64,000 nucleotides of DNA from positions 16,515 to 80,514 of the IMG/VR virus record IMGVR_UViG_3300025018_000006; one strand, 5' to 3'. Under the pieces are notes generated by a model that made no database searches, was not told the origin of the DNA, and saw only the letters and a program-made list of their open reading frames with translations. The translations under genes and the position numbers were made by a program. Positions within the stretch are counted from its first letter, which is position 1; each line of letters begins with the position of its first letter. This DNA comes from a virus. This document shows positions 10,172 through 20,182 of the stretch, in pieces.

Positions 10172-11491
10172 CTACGCACCCAAAAAGCAAATCCGAGACC
10201 CGACATTCGCAGCCGCAGTCGAGGCCGAAGTATACGAATACGAACAGGCGAAACCCGCAAGACCGCCAAAATACGCAGGACCGCCAGCGAGAAGAGCCCG
10301 AAAAAACGAGCTACTACCTGAATACCCGGTATTAAAATAATCAGAAAAGAATGTACTTGAACCTGCCCCAGATTTTCCAGCTGCTACAGCTATTCTATCA
10401 TTTACTGACTGTTCACTTATATATCCACTCGATTGTGATAAGTCCGCAGCTTCTCTTGTATTATCAAGCGTGTCATCAGCGAAATTAGCAGGATTATCAA
10501 TGATATATGCTTTGAAAGTTCCAGCAATATGATCATTATAAATATTGATACCTTCTCTACACTCCCATATATGCCCGAACGGTTGCTCAATGCCACGATA
10601 CTTATTCACCTTAACAGTAATATCACCACCTGTCCATCCACTAACAACATAATCTACCTCACCAGTACCGTTACCAAGCGCATTTGCCACTCCGTTATTA
10701 ACAAAAGGATAATAAACTGAAAAAGTATTCCAATCACCAACACTCACAGTCGTTACTCCATCCCCGAGCCCTCCTTGTCGATAGCCTTCTACTGTTAGCG
10801 TAGCATTAACAGCTTTTTGTGAATTACGTGTAGCGTGTTCAACAATGAATAATCTATATATAACACTTGCTTGTACTTGCGGAAGTTGATACCAACCAGA
10901 CCCTCTATTAGCTGCATAAGTCCTGAAATTTGTTCTGTTAATATAAGTAGCTGGTTTTCCAAGTAATGAATTATCAGCAGCATCCCAAGCTGCATTGTTA
11001 TTACCACCACGCCAATCTGTTGAGAAATTAACAACTGAACCTAATTTGTTATTAGTACGATTAAGAGATGCTTTATAAGCACCGTGATAAAACTTATTAA
11101 CTTTTGTTGCATCTGGGAAATTAGTAAGAGAGACGGCTACATACTTATATCCATCACTAATCCACTCCCTATAATAATGCTCTGGAATCTCAACCATCAC
11201 CTGTCCATCTGCCCCATCAAGCACACTTGCAGTAACACCATCTTCTTTTAATGACCAATTTTCTGAATCAAGATAATAATTAACTGTTCCGTCATCGTTG
11301 AGTAAACATCCTCTCATTAGTGATTGAACGGGTAAAGAAGCATGAAGAGTCATATTATAATCTGTAGAAGCTATTCGCTCGCCATCTGGATCGGATTGAG
11401 TTGTTGTAAATCTTACACCGTACCAACCCCCTCCTCTGCGGTTGGTACCTTCATCCAAATTAAATATTGTATTTCTTATTGTACTATTCAT
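10172..11491 (-). CDS. Receptor-binding protein with C-terminal C-type lectin (CLec) fold, DGR-target type
   Basis: DGQVMVEIP, YRGIEQPFGHIWE, and C-terminal GG...AG...NVGSRICF. Confidence 0.8.
   Translation of the reverse strand: MNSTIRNTIFNLDEGTNRRGGGWYGVRFTTTQSDPDGERIASTDYNMTLHASLPVQSLMRGCLLNDDGTVNYYLDSENWSLKEDGVTASVLDGADGQVMVEIPEHYYREWISDGYKYVAVSLTNFPDATKVNKFYHGAYKASLNRTNNKLGSVVNFSTDWRGGNNNAAWDAADNSLLGKPATYINRTNFRTYAANRGSGWYQLPQVQASVIYRLFIVEHATRNSQKAVNATLTVEGYRQGGLGDGVTTVSVGDWNTFSVYYPFVNNGVANALGNGTGEVDYVVSGWTGGDITVKVNKYRGIEQPFGHIWECREGINIYNDHIAGTFKAYIIDNPANFADDTLDNTREAADLSQSSGYISEQSVNDRIAVAAGKSGAGSSTFFSDYFNTGYSGSSSFFRALLAGGPAYFGGLAGFACSYSYTSASTAAANVGSRICFLGA
10175..10318 (-). other. DGR variable-region (VR)-like segment
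   Basis: The last 48 codons contain no third-position A and only 10 A in 144 nt, in an otherwise AT-rich gene. Confidence 0.75.
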
Positions 11492-11495
11492 GATA

Positions 11496-11927
11496 TTAAG
11501 CTAAAACTGTTATTGAATAAAAAGCATCTTCTCCATCATAATAAAAAACAACCTTATTCACAACATTTTCAGTATTATCATAATCATCACTCGATGAACT
11601 CTTGGTAAAAGCTGCATCAAATACTGGATCATGAGATCCATCACCAACAAACCTTATCTCTGCTGCTCCACCAATGATCTTTTCAGACTTTAGCGTTACA
11701 TCAACATCTGTTATCACAGAATAGTTATTGTAATGAGTAAGATCATTCGATAAATCAATCTCTCCGGTAAAGGTTTGATTTACAATTTTTCCATCAAGAT
11801 TAAATTCAGTTTCATTTTTATAGATAAACAATCGTTTACCTTCAAGGCCAAATCTTATATTTAAAAGATTTCCTATAAATTCAATGAAAGACTGTTCACG
11901 ATTACTTCCAAACCTTGGATTTTTCAT
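11496..11927 (-). CDS. Tail-fibre-related beta protein
   Basis: 143 aa beta-rich C-terminal domain ending VVFYYDGEDAFYSI. Confidence 0.45.
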   Translation of the reverse strand: MKNPRFGSNREQSFIEFIGNLLNIRFGLEGKRLFIYKNETEFNLDGKIVNQTFTGEIDLSNDLTHYNNYSVITDVDVTLKSEKIIGGAAEIRFVGDGSHDPVFDAAFTKSSSSDDYDNTENVVNKVVFYYDGEDAFYSITVLA

Positions 11928-11931
11928 AATT

Positions 11932-12248
11932 TTAAGTTTTATTATTTTCAGTTTTCTTTTCAGTTGCTAAAGCTATAAGCTCTTTAATTTCCTCAACCTT
12001 AGCCATCTGCTTAGGTGCAAATATCATTATTCCAAGTAATGCATTAAACACCAACCATACGGCACTAATTCCCATCATCATTGATATTGCATTTGTTTCA
12101 GTCTTTAAAACAAAGGCAAATACTCCTAGTAAAGGTAGTGAAAGAGCATTAAACCACATAAAAAATTTCAATAATAAATAACTAAAATACCTTGTACTAA
12201 GGCATTCCCTTTAGCATCTGTTAAATATTTTTCAACATCAGTTTTCAT
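11932..12248 (-). pseudogene. Frameshifted holin-like membrane protein
   Basis: ATG at 12248 gives MKTDVEKYLTDAKGN. The frame then shifts into STRYFSYLLLKFFMW (track ORF 11932-12171). The span is 317 nt, one base short of in-frame. Confidence 0.6.
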
Positions 12249-12301
12249 TTCTTTAAATTTTAATTAAAACTTTTATTTTCTTTAATAATACACTTAATAA
12301 A

Positions 12302-12829
12302 TTAAGCATCTATTATTCTATTATCTTTTAAAAATCCATTATCATTCAACTCATCTGAAAAATAGTACATCCATAACTGAAAGTATATTGATAAAGCATT
12401 TTTATCCTCATCGGTCAAAATCTCTCCTTCCTTTAATATTCCAATTGCAGAAACTTCATAAGGAGCATAATTAGAATATTTAATAAAAGTTCTTGCATTG
12501 TCAGTAGCTATTAGTTAAGCAAATGTTTTTTGCTGAAGAACATCACTTCCATTAAACCAAAAATCATCATCACCATCAGCTGCAATGTAAGTAGCATTAT
12601 CTGAAACAGAAAAAGTAGCTGATGTTGTTGAAGGAATTTTATTTGTTGCGAAATCTTTGTCTGTAACCGTAATAACGTCTGAACTTAAATTACTTAATAA
12701 ATTATCACCATCAAAACTTCCTGTCCATAGAAAAAGAAATTTACTGAATAAATTATTTTTCAATTTAATTCTTGGTAGATAACTTCCTTCATTAAGATTG
12801 AATATTATATTTCTTATTTCTTTATTCAT
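12302..12829 (-). pseudogene. Virion accessory gene with in-frame TAA at 12515-12517
   Basis: The frame stays open for 70 more codons after the stop (LIATDNARTFIKY...FLKDNRIIDA). Confidence 0.7.
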
Positions 12830-12850
12830 AATTTATAATATCAAATAAGA

Positions 12851-13240
12851 TTAAGGATATCTTTCTTTGTTTTGATGCTTATAATATTCATTAAGAAAAA
12901 TGTCATGATCTTTTATTTTTTTTTCATTATTATCAATTCTTTTTTTATTATAACTAAAACGATCTAAAATTTGATCATGTTTAGCTTCATGTACCCTAAA
13001 TGATGCATCTACTTTTTCTTGTTGAGTTAATAATATTGCATTTAATCCACTTATTGAATCAGATAATTTAGCTGTACTTAATTCTAACTTCTCTATTTGA
13101 CCATAAACTCTTTCATCTTTCTGCTTATGATCATCCCATATCTTAGAAACAAACCAGCCTAAAACAATTACAAATAAAGATAATGCACCTACTATTACAC
13201 TAAATACTGCTGTATCATTCATTTTATTTAAATTTAACAC
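12851..13240 (-). CDS. Membrane-anchored coiled-coil protein (lysis cassette)
   Basis: One TM helix then coiled coil. Confidence 0.45.
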   Translation of the reverse strand: MLNLNKMNDTAVFSVIVGALSLFVIVLGWFVSKIWDDHKQKDERVYGQIEKLELSTAKLSDSISGLNAILLTQQEKVDASFRVHEAKHDQILDRFSYNKKRIDNNEKKIKDHDIFLNEYYKHQNKERYP

Positions 13241-13802
13241 CTGTTAACGAATCTACAATATCTACAAATTCAATTGGACTAATTTTATAAGGATCAGGAA
13301 ACACTTCCTCTCCCCAGGCATAATTTAAAGCTGAAGCAATTAAAGAAAAGCATGTCCATCTTTTTCTATCGAGAGGTTTTTTACCACCAAACCATTTATG
13401 TATTAATGACATTATTGGGTATTTTATCAAAATATCAAAATAAGCATAACCTTCATGAACTTGAGCTTTTACAAAACCCCATGCTTTGGCATTTTGTCGC
13501 TTAGTTAATATTGGTTTAATTATGTAATAATAAGGATTTTTATCATCACTATAATGATCCTCAAAATCATTTCCATCAATGCCAAATTTTAATGCTCCAA
13601 TAGCATATCCATCCTTTACCATATCTGCATGATTAGGACTAAGTTCTGTATGATGTTCACCAGAAGTCCATTGGAATAATCTTTGAAAACCTTGTATAGT
13701 TTTTGCTAAAAATGATTGAGATCTGGTTAAAACAATAAACAATCCATTCTTAGGTATATCTTTCCAGGTTTCTGTCGATTGAAATGTTTTTAATACTGGC
13801 AT
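13224..13802 (-). CDS. Permuted papain-like amidase (YiiX/YaeF-like)
   Basis: His (PNHAD) precedes Cys (WTCFSLI); C-terminal ISP motif. Confidence 0.65.
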   Translation of the reverse strand: MPVLKTFQSTETWKDIPKNGLFIVLTRSQSFLAKTIQGFQRLFQWTSGEHHTELSPNHADMVKDGYAIGALKFGIDGNDFEDHYSDDKNPYYYIIKPILTKRQNAKAWGFVKAQVHEGYAYFDILIKYPIMSLIHKWFGGKKPLDRKRWTCFSLIASALNYAWGEEVFPDPYKISPIEFVDIVDSLTGVKFK

Positions 13803-14280
13803 CTACTTTTTCTTTTGACGATAATTTTACCGGTTCAGGCAATTCTCTATATCCAAGCAGTCCATATGAAGATGATTCTTTAGGGTATCCTTTAATACAT
13901 ATCATGTTTCCCTGATTACCTCCAAATACAAATATAATGTTTCCATCTTCACTTTCTCCTGCATACAAGCCAACGTGACCTCTCCATCCATCTTTAGAAA
14001 TTCTCCAGAATATAACTATATGACCAATTTTAGGAACGGTAACTTCATTACCTATTTCCAACCAACTTCTTGCATCAAGCTTACCTGAATAATCAAGATT
14101 TAATCTTTTCGCCATTATATTAATGGTTAAACTACACCAGGCAGTTTCATCATCTTTAATCCATTCAAATCCAAGTTCTTTAAACCATCCAACAATAATT
14201 GGATTATCAACAGGTCCTACAACTTCTTTTAAACCATAAAATTTCATAAGTTCTAACCACATCAGCTCTCTTGTGTCCAT
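13750..14280 (-). CDS. TIGR02594-type NlpC/P60 endolysin
   Basis: DDETAWC, ARSW, GHVG and GGNQGN motifs. Confidence 0.85.
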   Translation of the reverse strand: MDTRELMWLELMKFYGLKEVVGPVDNPIIVGWFKELGFEWIKDDETAWCSLTINIMAKRLNLDYSGKLDARSWLEIGNEVTVPKIGHIVIFWRISKDGWRGHVGLYAGESEDGNIIFVFGGNQGNMICIKGYPKESSSYGLLGYRELPEPVKLSSKEKVDASIKNISIDRNLERYT

Positions 14281-14293
14281 ATTGATTTTTTTT

Positions 14294-14326
14294 AAAAAGG
14301 GAGAGAACCTAACCTCTCCCTTTTTT
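14294..14326. terminator. Intrinsic terminator (bidirectional form)
   Basis: AAAAAGGGAGAG...CTCTCCCTTTTT. Confidence 0.8.
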
Positions 14327-14343
14327 ATTATTAATCTATACTA

Positions 14344-15426
14344 CTAAAGATTTCCGATGGCAGTATTTAAGTCAGCCAAGTTACCTGAAGCGTAATCGGC
14401 ATAAAGGACGACCTGAGATTCTGCTTTCTCAAGATCTCCGCCCATAGCTTCCTCTGACCCATCAAGAATAGTGAAAACATATTTACGATATGTCTTAGAA
14501 GTGTCAAATGCAGCACCATTTTGAAGTTCAAGATCAAGATTTCCTTCAATTGCATCCTGCTTAGAATGATTATATCTTGGAACTAAAGCTGCAAGAACAG
14601 ATCCAATACCCATTGGATAAACAGGAGCTTCTATAACTTCAAACTGAGAAGTTACAAATCCTTGAGTTGCACCATACCAGTTTGCACCGGAACGACCAAT
14701 GCTTGAAGTGAAATAACCAGCATCATCAACACATGCAATACCGGTTCCGGCAACCAATGTGCTAATAGTTTGCGTTAAAGTAAATGTTCCTACAGTCCAT
14801 GCACGAGCAACAGCATCATCAATGGTTCCGCTTACATTATAAACCCAGATAGTACCAGCGGCATCATTACCTGCCCAAGTTCCACTTGAAAGTGAAGCTT
14901 TAGCTACATAAGCAGTTGCACCGGAATTTGCCTGAGTAATTTTAACACCAGCAGTAATTGTAGTTCCGCCAGCTGAATCTCCACCAAGAGTGTAATCAAA
15001 CTCATGCAATAAATAAGCAGTACAGTTGTTTCCACCATAACCATTGATTTTATTAACCAATGCAGTGTAAACATTAAGCCTATCAGTATCAGCATCACCA
15101 CTCAAAACGGCAGCAGATGTATAAGCATGAACAACCGGCCATCTTTTTCCGGATTCATATTTATCATCAGGATTTCCTATCTCAATCTTATACCGGGTAT
15201 CTGCAATAATAGTTTCCTTAGTTGCCGAAGCACCCAAAGTAACAACTTGCTGATTTTCCGCTACAGGATCAAAACTTTGAACAGTAGGACTACCAGGAAA
15301 TGATCCTAATAGTAATTCTCCAGATCCTCCAATGATTGACCAAAGGCCACTTGAAGCATCATTTAAAACGTTTCCACCGGCTGCAGCAATTGTGTTCAAC
15401 ACGGCGGCTCTTACTCTTTTTTTCAT
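14344..15426 (-). CDS. Virion structural protein (auxiliary capsid-like)
   Basis: 360 aa, Gly/Ala/Thr-rich, in the capsid block, followed by a terminator. Confidence 0.55.
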   Translation of the reverse strand: MKKRVRAAVLNTIAAAGGNVLNDASSGLWSIIGGSGELLLGSFPGSPTVQSFDPVAENQQVVTLGASATKETIIADTRYKIEIGNPDDKYESGKRWPVVHAYTSAAVLSGDADTDRLNVYTALVNKINGYGGNNCTAYLLHEFDYTLGGDSAGGTTITAGVKITQANSGATAYVAKASLSSGTWAGNDAAGTIWVYNVSGTIDDAVARAWTVGTFTLTQTISTLVAGTGIACVDDAGYFTSSIGRSGANWYGATQGFVTSQFEVIEAPVYPMGIGSVLAALVPRYNHSKQDAIEGNLDLELQNGAAFDTSKTYRKYVFTILDGSEEAMGGDLEKAESQVVLYADYASGNLADLNTAIGNL

Positions 15427-15472
15427 AATTAATTGTTTTGTGAGCTATATTCGCTCGATTTATAAATAAGCC

Positions 15473-16276
15473 CTATGAGGCCATAATTTCATCTCTTAAT
15501 GCTTTTGCTTTATCATATTGATTGGCAGTTAAAAGACAGTTAATAGCTGCTCGTCTTGCTATTTCTTCATGTGCTGTTTGCCTTATATCGCAATCAGTCC
15601 ATTGAGTAACTACTTTTCCATCTACAACATATCCATCTCCGGTATTTATTGTAATTTTCTGACCAATTGTATAAGTGTTTCCACCATATACAGTTTCTTC
15701 AACAGCGTAAACAACATCGCCATTTGATAAAGTATCACCATTATCTTTTTCAATACCGTAATTTACTATCGCGGGAACGGCCAAGTAATACAATTCTGCA
15801 TCATTGATATCCGCATCATTTAACATAGAAATTTCGATCTTACCATCATATTCATTATAATAGATTTTACTTGATGGTGTATTACGAACTCTACGAAAAG
15901 GATTCTTTTCAACTACATTCTTTCGATCATAAGTAATAGGATAAGCTGGATACCAAACAGAATCAGATTCAGCTTTTACTTTTAATGAAAGTAACCAACC
16001 ATAATCTTCAGCTGTAATTGTAATTTCATGCCCGGATACAGATATGCCACTTGCATTAATAGCTTTCTTCACCAATGGGCCAAGCTCATCACGTATTCTT
16101 TGAACTCGCTGAAATGCATCCGAACGATTCATTGGACGATTCTGATCATAACTCTCTCTAACTTTTTGATCAATAGTAGCGTTAAGAGCATTATCAATAT
16201 CCTCTGATTCAAATCTGGTTGATCCTACTACATCTATCCAGAAACGGACTCTTTCATGTAATTGAATTATATTCAT
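15473..16276 (-). CDS. Ring/head-tail connector protein
   Basis: FESEDIDNALN and HEEIARRA motifs; synteny. Confidence 0.6.
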   Translation of the reverse strand: MNIIQLHERVRFWIDVVGSTRFESEDIDNALNATIDQKVRESYDQNRPMNRSDAFQRVQRIRDELGPLVKKAINASGISVSGHEITITAEDYGWLLSLKVKAESDSVWYPAYPITYDRKNVVEKNPFRRVRNTPSSKIYYNEYDGKIEISMLNDADINDAELYYLAVPAIVNYGIEKDNGDTLSNGDVVYAVEETVYGGNTYTIGQKITINTGDGYVVDGKVVTQWTDCDIRQTAHEEIARRAAINCLLTANQYDKAKALRDEIMAS

Positions 16277-16278
16277 TT

Positions 16279-17196
16279 TTAATCAAATTCATTTTCATTA
16301 TCAGCTCCTCCTGGCTTTGAAATATTCTTATGAACAGTCTTTGCAACACTCTTAATTACAATGTCTTTTTCTGAAAGTTCATTGCTTATACCTGTCATTA
16401 TTGCAGTGTCCTGTCCAAGATACTTAATAGCATCCTGTCTACTCATTCCAAGAGAAACACCTTTGTACACAAATCCCCGATCAGCTTCATTAAGAATTAT
16501 ACCCAGAGCTCTTGCTGATTCAAAATATTCAGCATAACTTCTGTTTTTACTCTCCCACTTTTTATTAAAATCAAGTGGATAATTCTTTGCTGACCGAAGC
16601 AGACTACCACGAACGATTTCATAATTTGCATTATCCCGAAGTTCAATACCTAAATACCTGGCAAAATTTACCATAGATTTTGGATCGTCAAGAATTTTAT
16701 TGACTCTATCAAAAGCAACTTTCATTGATTCAATTTCATCATTTTCAACCCTTGCTTCTTCTACAGGATCATAAATCTTGTAGTACGGATTTTGATTTTG
16801 CCATGGAGATCCTTGAATGTCAGGATGGAAACGAATAGCTGCCCAAATTCTAGCATCATCTCTTTTATCAAGATTTAACGAAAGATGATCATTTAATTGA
16901 ATTTTTTGCCATTTAATGTTTCCGTAATCGTCCTGGTCAATTGCAATACCATAAAGAACACCTGTTAGCGGATCTTTCTGAAAGGTAGCAACCCGATTAG
17001 GGGTTTTATGCATATCTTCCGAGATAGGCTGGATTTCTACCCATGGAGTCATAGCCAGATTTTTTCTTTCATTCATAATCTTTTCAGCTACTTTATCAAC
17101 ATCCATTACATCATAGAGAATCTTTTTTCCCATCTCTTTTTTGGCGTGTTCCGCTATCCAACGCCTTTCTTCGATTGTGACTAATTGTTTAATCAT
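16279..17196 (-). CDS. Conserved crAss-like protein downstream of MCP
   Basis: 305 aa; synteny. Confidence 0.55.
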   Translation of the reverse strand: MIKQLVTIEERRWIAEHAKKEMGKKILYDVMDVDKVAEKIMNERKNLAMTPWVEIQPISEDMHKTPNRVATFQKDPLTGVLYGIAIDQDDYGNIKWQKIQLNDHLSLNLDKRDDARIWAAIRFHPDIQGSPWQNQNPYYKIYDPVEEARVENDEIESMKVAFDRVNKILDDPKSMVNFARYLGIELRDNANYEIVRGSLLRSAKNYPLDFNKKWESKNRSYAEYFESARALGIILNEADRGFVYKGVSLGMSRQDAIKYLGQDTAIMTGISNELSEKDIVIKSVAKTVHKNISKPGGADNENEFD

Positions 17197-17235
17197 AATA
17201 AGTAAATATAATAACGATTTATAATATAAAAAAAT

Positions 17236-17268
17236 AAAAAATAGGTAGAGAAGTTTCCCTCTCTACCT
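17236..17268 (-). terminator. Terminator after major capsid gene
   Basis: AGGTAGAG/CTCTACCT stem with T-tract on the minus strand. Confidence 0.75.
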
Positions 17269-17277
17269 TAATAAGAT

Positions 17278-18786
17278 TTATGCAGTTGCAGAAGGAGTGA
17301 GAATACCGCAAGTCTTAGTATTAAAGACTGCAAGTAAATTTTCCTTCAGCATATGAAATGCCTTAGCATCAACCGGACTTTGTGGAGTTCCTTCTCCAGT
17401 CATACCGTTTTCCCAGTAATATACAATATTTCTGTTTACACCAGCACGGCCTCTGGCACGAATCTCAACATTCCTTCTTCCTTTTTCATCAGTATCAAGG
17501 TCCATGAAATAGAAAGTGTTGGACATTCTGAGTTTTCCGTTTGATAATTTAGCAGGGAATTTCTCATCGTCATCCATCATCGGATTTTCAACAAAGATCA
17601 TTTGTTCACCGGCAATGTTTAAAACTTTGAAATTATACCCAACATAAGGCTCAGCTCCACCAGCGGCAGTTCCCTGATTAACAACCTGAACAAGAGGATT
17701 ACCTGCTGAATATCTTGATGCAGCAATATCATTAGCTGACTGCATTCCATCAGCACCGGTTACAACTACCCAAGTATTTCCAGAAATACGATTTTTCTTT
17801 TTCTTCACTGTACGGATCATGTCAGCAAAATCATCGTAAGTAGGAGAACCATCAGAACCAGAAGTTTCAAGATCATTGGCACCTTTAATTTGCTGTACCC
17901 AACCATCTCCAGCTACGATATCTTGTCCATACTCATCTTGCATAGAAGCTCTTGAAAGCAAATTACCATAAGAATCTCTCATGGTTGATTCTGCCCACCA
18001 TAAACGATACTCATCCTCAAGAAGGAATTGAGCTCTCATTTGTGCTTCAGCTTCATAAACAAATCCTTTGGATTGGTTTACTTCATACCAGATAACTTCG
18101 TTTGCATTTACATCACCAGAAAGAGAGATTGATTTTCTCTGCTTAGTAGTGTGTTGAATATAACGATCCGGATAATGGAAGTTACCATAACCTCTACGTG
18201 AGCGTTCTCCGAAAGTAGTATAACCACCAAATACAGTCTTACGACCAATCTGTGATCCTACCCAAGAATCCCATGCAAAAGTTTTTCCAGGAAAGCATTC
18301 GAAAGCATACAGATATTTTCCATCAGAACCAGTCGGACGACCCATAACACGAGCATGCTCACCATTAGGGAATACACAGTTCATACCAATAGTCATGTAT
18401 GAATCTTTCAAATAGAGAGAGAAAGTTCCACCTTTAGTAGTGGTACCAGAGGTAATCGTTCCAACTGCTGCTGTTCCAACTATCTCAGAAGCCTTTTGGA
18501 TTCTACCCATAATCTTGTATGACCAAGCATTACTGGAAACCATTTCTCCCTGAGGAATAGGCTTAATTTTAGTTTGAACAGTCATACCTTTACTAGGAGT
18601 TACCCCGGGTGCGGTATAACGAGAGTTGCGGGCTCCGGAAGTCAAGAGAGTCATTAAATGACGCTGCTCAGCGTACATAATTACCCTATCAATATTCTTA
18701 CTGGGATCAAGAAGATGGTTTTGTACCAAGTGATATTCTTGAGCATCACCTTCACTTACTGATCCATGAGTTATTTTAATTTTCAT
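17278..18786 (-). CDS. Major capsid protein
   Basis: 502 aa; AGDGWVQQI and VVVTGADG motifs; follows portal and scaffold. Confidence 0.85.
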   Translation of the reverse strand: MKIKITHGSVSEGDAQEYHLVQNHLLDPSKNIDRVIMYAEQRHLMTLLTSGARNSRYTAPGVTPSKGMTVQTKIKPIPQGEMVSSNAWSYKIMGRIQKASEIVGTAAVGTITSGTTTKGGTFSLYLKDSYMTIGMNCVFPNGEHARVMGRPTGSDGKYLYAFECFPGKTFAWDSWVGSQIGRKTVFGGYTTFGERSRRGYGNFHYPDRYIQHTTKQRKSISLSGDVNANEVIWYEVNQSKGFVYEAEAQMRAQFLLEDEYRLWWAESTMRDSYGNLLSRASMQDEYGQDIVAGDGWVQQIKGANDLETSGSDGSPTYDDFADMIRTVKKKKNRISGNTWVVVTGADGMQSANDIAASRYSAGNPLVQVVNQGTAAGGAEPYVGYNFKVLNIAGEQMIFVENPMMDDDEKFPAKLSNGKLRMSNTFYFMDLDTDEKGRRNVEIRARGRAGVNRNIVYYWENGMTGEGTPQSPVDAKAFHMLKENLLAVFNTKTCGILTPSATA

Positions 18787-18849
18787 TTTTCTGTAATTTT
18801 TAGAAATTATTATTAATACTTAATTTCCAAAGCATACAGTTACTTCCCC

Positions 18850-20154
18850 TTACCCTGCATCTTCTTCCCACAGTGTAGGATCTGCCCAAGATTCGAAATT
18901 TTTAGTTTCTCCACTTTCAGATTTTTGTCTTCCTGTTTTTTTGGACTGTGCCTCATCTTTTGTCTTGTGCAATGCACTTACTGACTTATCAATAGCAGCA
19001 TTATGTCCTTTCCTGTTTTGTTCAGATGCCTGTTTTTTATATGTGTCAAGGATTTTAGGCCCAAACTTAGCAAGCATATAAGCTGTAAATTTTGATTTTT
19101 CAGGAGATTCATTTGCTATTTCATCAAATGTTCCGGATTCAATTTCTCGAACAATGTTCTGTTTTGCTACCGGACTTAATTTGATTCCCATAAATTCATC
19201 CTGTGAATTTACAAAATTCTTAAGGTTATCAACCTCTTGCTTAACTACAGCTTCCTTCTTGGCTCTTTCCTTGGCAATTAAAGCTTCTCTGTCTCCGACA
19301 ATTTTTTTGACTTCAACATTGATAAGCTCTTTGGCCTGATTGTCAATTCCATCAGCTCGATCTTTGATTTCTCTTGTAGATAATTCGGACAATTCCTCTT
19401 CAGCTTGTTCAGCTGCTTTATCTGCAGATAATCCTGATCTTATTAATTCGTTAGTTCGTACATAAAGAACTTTTTCATTTGGGTTTAACCCCACTACGCT
19501 TTGTAAACTTACGATTTCCTTATTATTAAAAAAATCATCAATTTTTCCATCATTATCATTAAGATGCTTTATGATACTTTGCGCATCCGGAGAATAGCCA
19601 TCTAATTTTATCTCCTTTTTAGCACTTTCAATTTTTTCTTTGATAGCAGTTTTTAACTGCTCCGGAGTCTCTGCTTCAACTTCAAATTCAGTAGCTAAAG
19701 ATTTAAGATCAAAAGAACCTTTTTCACTTTCAGAATCTTTATTTACTTCTTTAAATTCTGATGCGAATAAATCTTCATCATCTCCTTCTCCCTCTTTAGA
19801 GCTTTCTCCATCATCTCCATCATCTTTTGAACTTCCTTTTTCTGATTTTCCAGCTTTCTTATCAGCATCAGATTCTGACGATCCTTCGCCATCTCCTTCT
19901 TCAGACTCATCTCCAGTTTCGTCATCTCCAGTTTCAGTTTCCTCACCTTCATCGGATTCATCTGAATCACTCTTGCTGCTTTTGCCTTCTTTTCCTTTCT
20001 CTGCTGAATCTCCATCGCTTTTATCTTCTCCGTCGTTTCCGACTTCGCCACCTTCTTCGGAACTTTCATCTGTTGTGTTTCCGAAGTCAAAATCGTCTTC
20101 TTCTTCTTCGATTCCTGGGGCATTGTTTTTTGTTTTTGTTTTTTCATCAGTCAT
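18850..20154 (-). CDS. Scaffold-like acidic protein
   Basis: Highly acidic disordered N-half, helical C-half; between portal and MCP. Confidence 0.7.
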   Translation of the reverse strand: MTDEKTKTKNNAPGIEEEEDDFDFGNTTDESSEEGGEVGNDGEDKSDGDSAEKGKEGKSSKSDSDESDEGEETETGDDETGDESEEGDGEGSSESDADKKAGKSEKGSSKDDGDDGESSKEGEGDDEDLFASEFKEVNKDSESEKGSFDLKSLATEFEVEAETPEQLKTAIKEKIESAKKEIKLDGYSPDAQSIIKHLNDNDGKIDDFFNNKEIVSLQSVVGLNPNEKVLYVRTNELIRSGLSADKAAEQAEEELSELSTREIKDRADGIDNQAKELINVEVKKIVGDREALIAKERAKKEAVVKQEVDNLKNFVNSQDEFMGIKLSPVAKQNIVREIESGTFDEIANESPEKSKFTAYMLAKFGPKILDTYKKQASEQNRKGHNAAIDKSVSALHKTKDEAQSKKTGRQKSESGETKNFESWADPTLWEEDAG

Positions 20155-20182
20155 AATAATAACAATTTATTTAAAAAAAAAA

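Noticed and set aside
9974-10335. Plus-strand ORFs over the VR as a possible DGR accessory gene
   Set aside because: They are antisense and open only because the A-poor VR leaves few T (hence few stops) on the other strand; no Avd-like features
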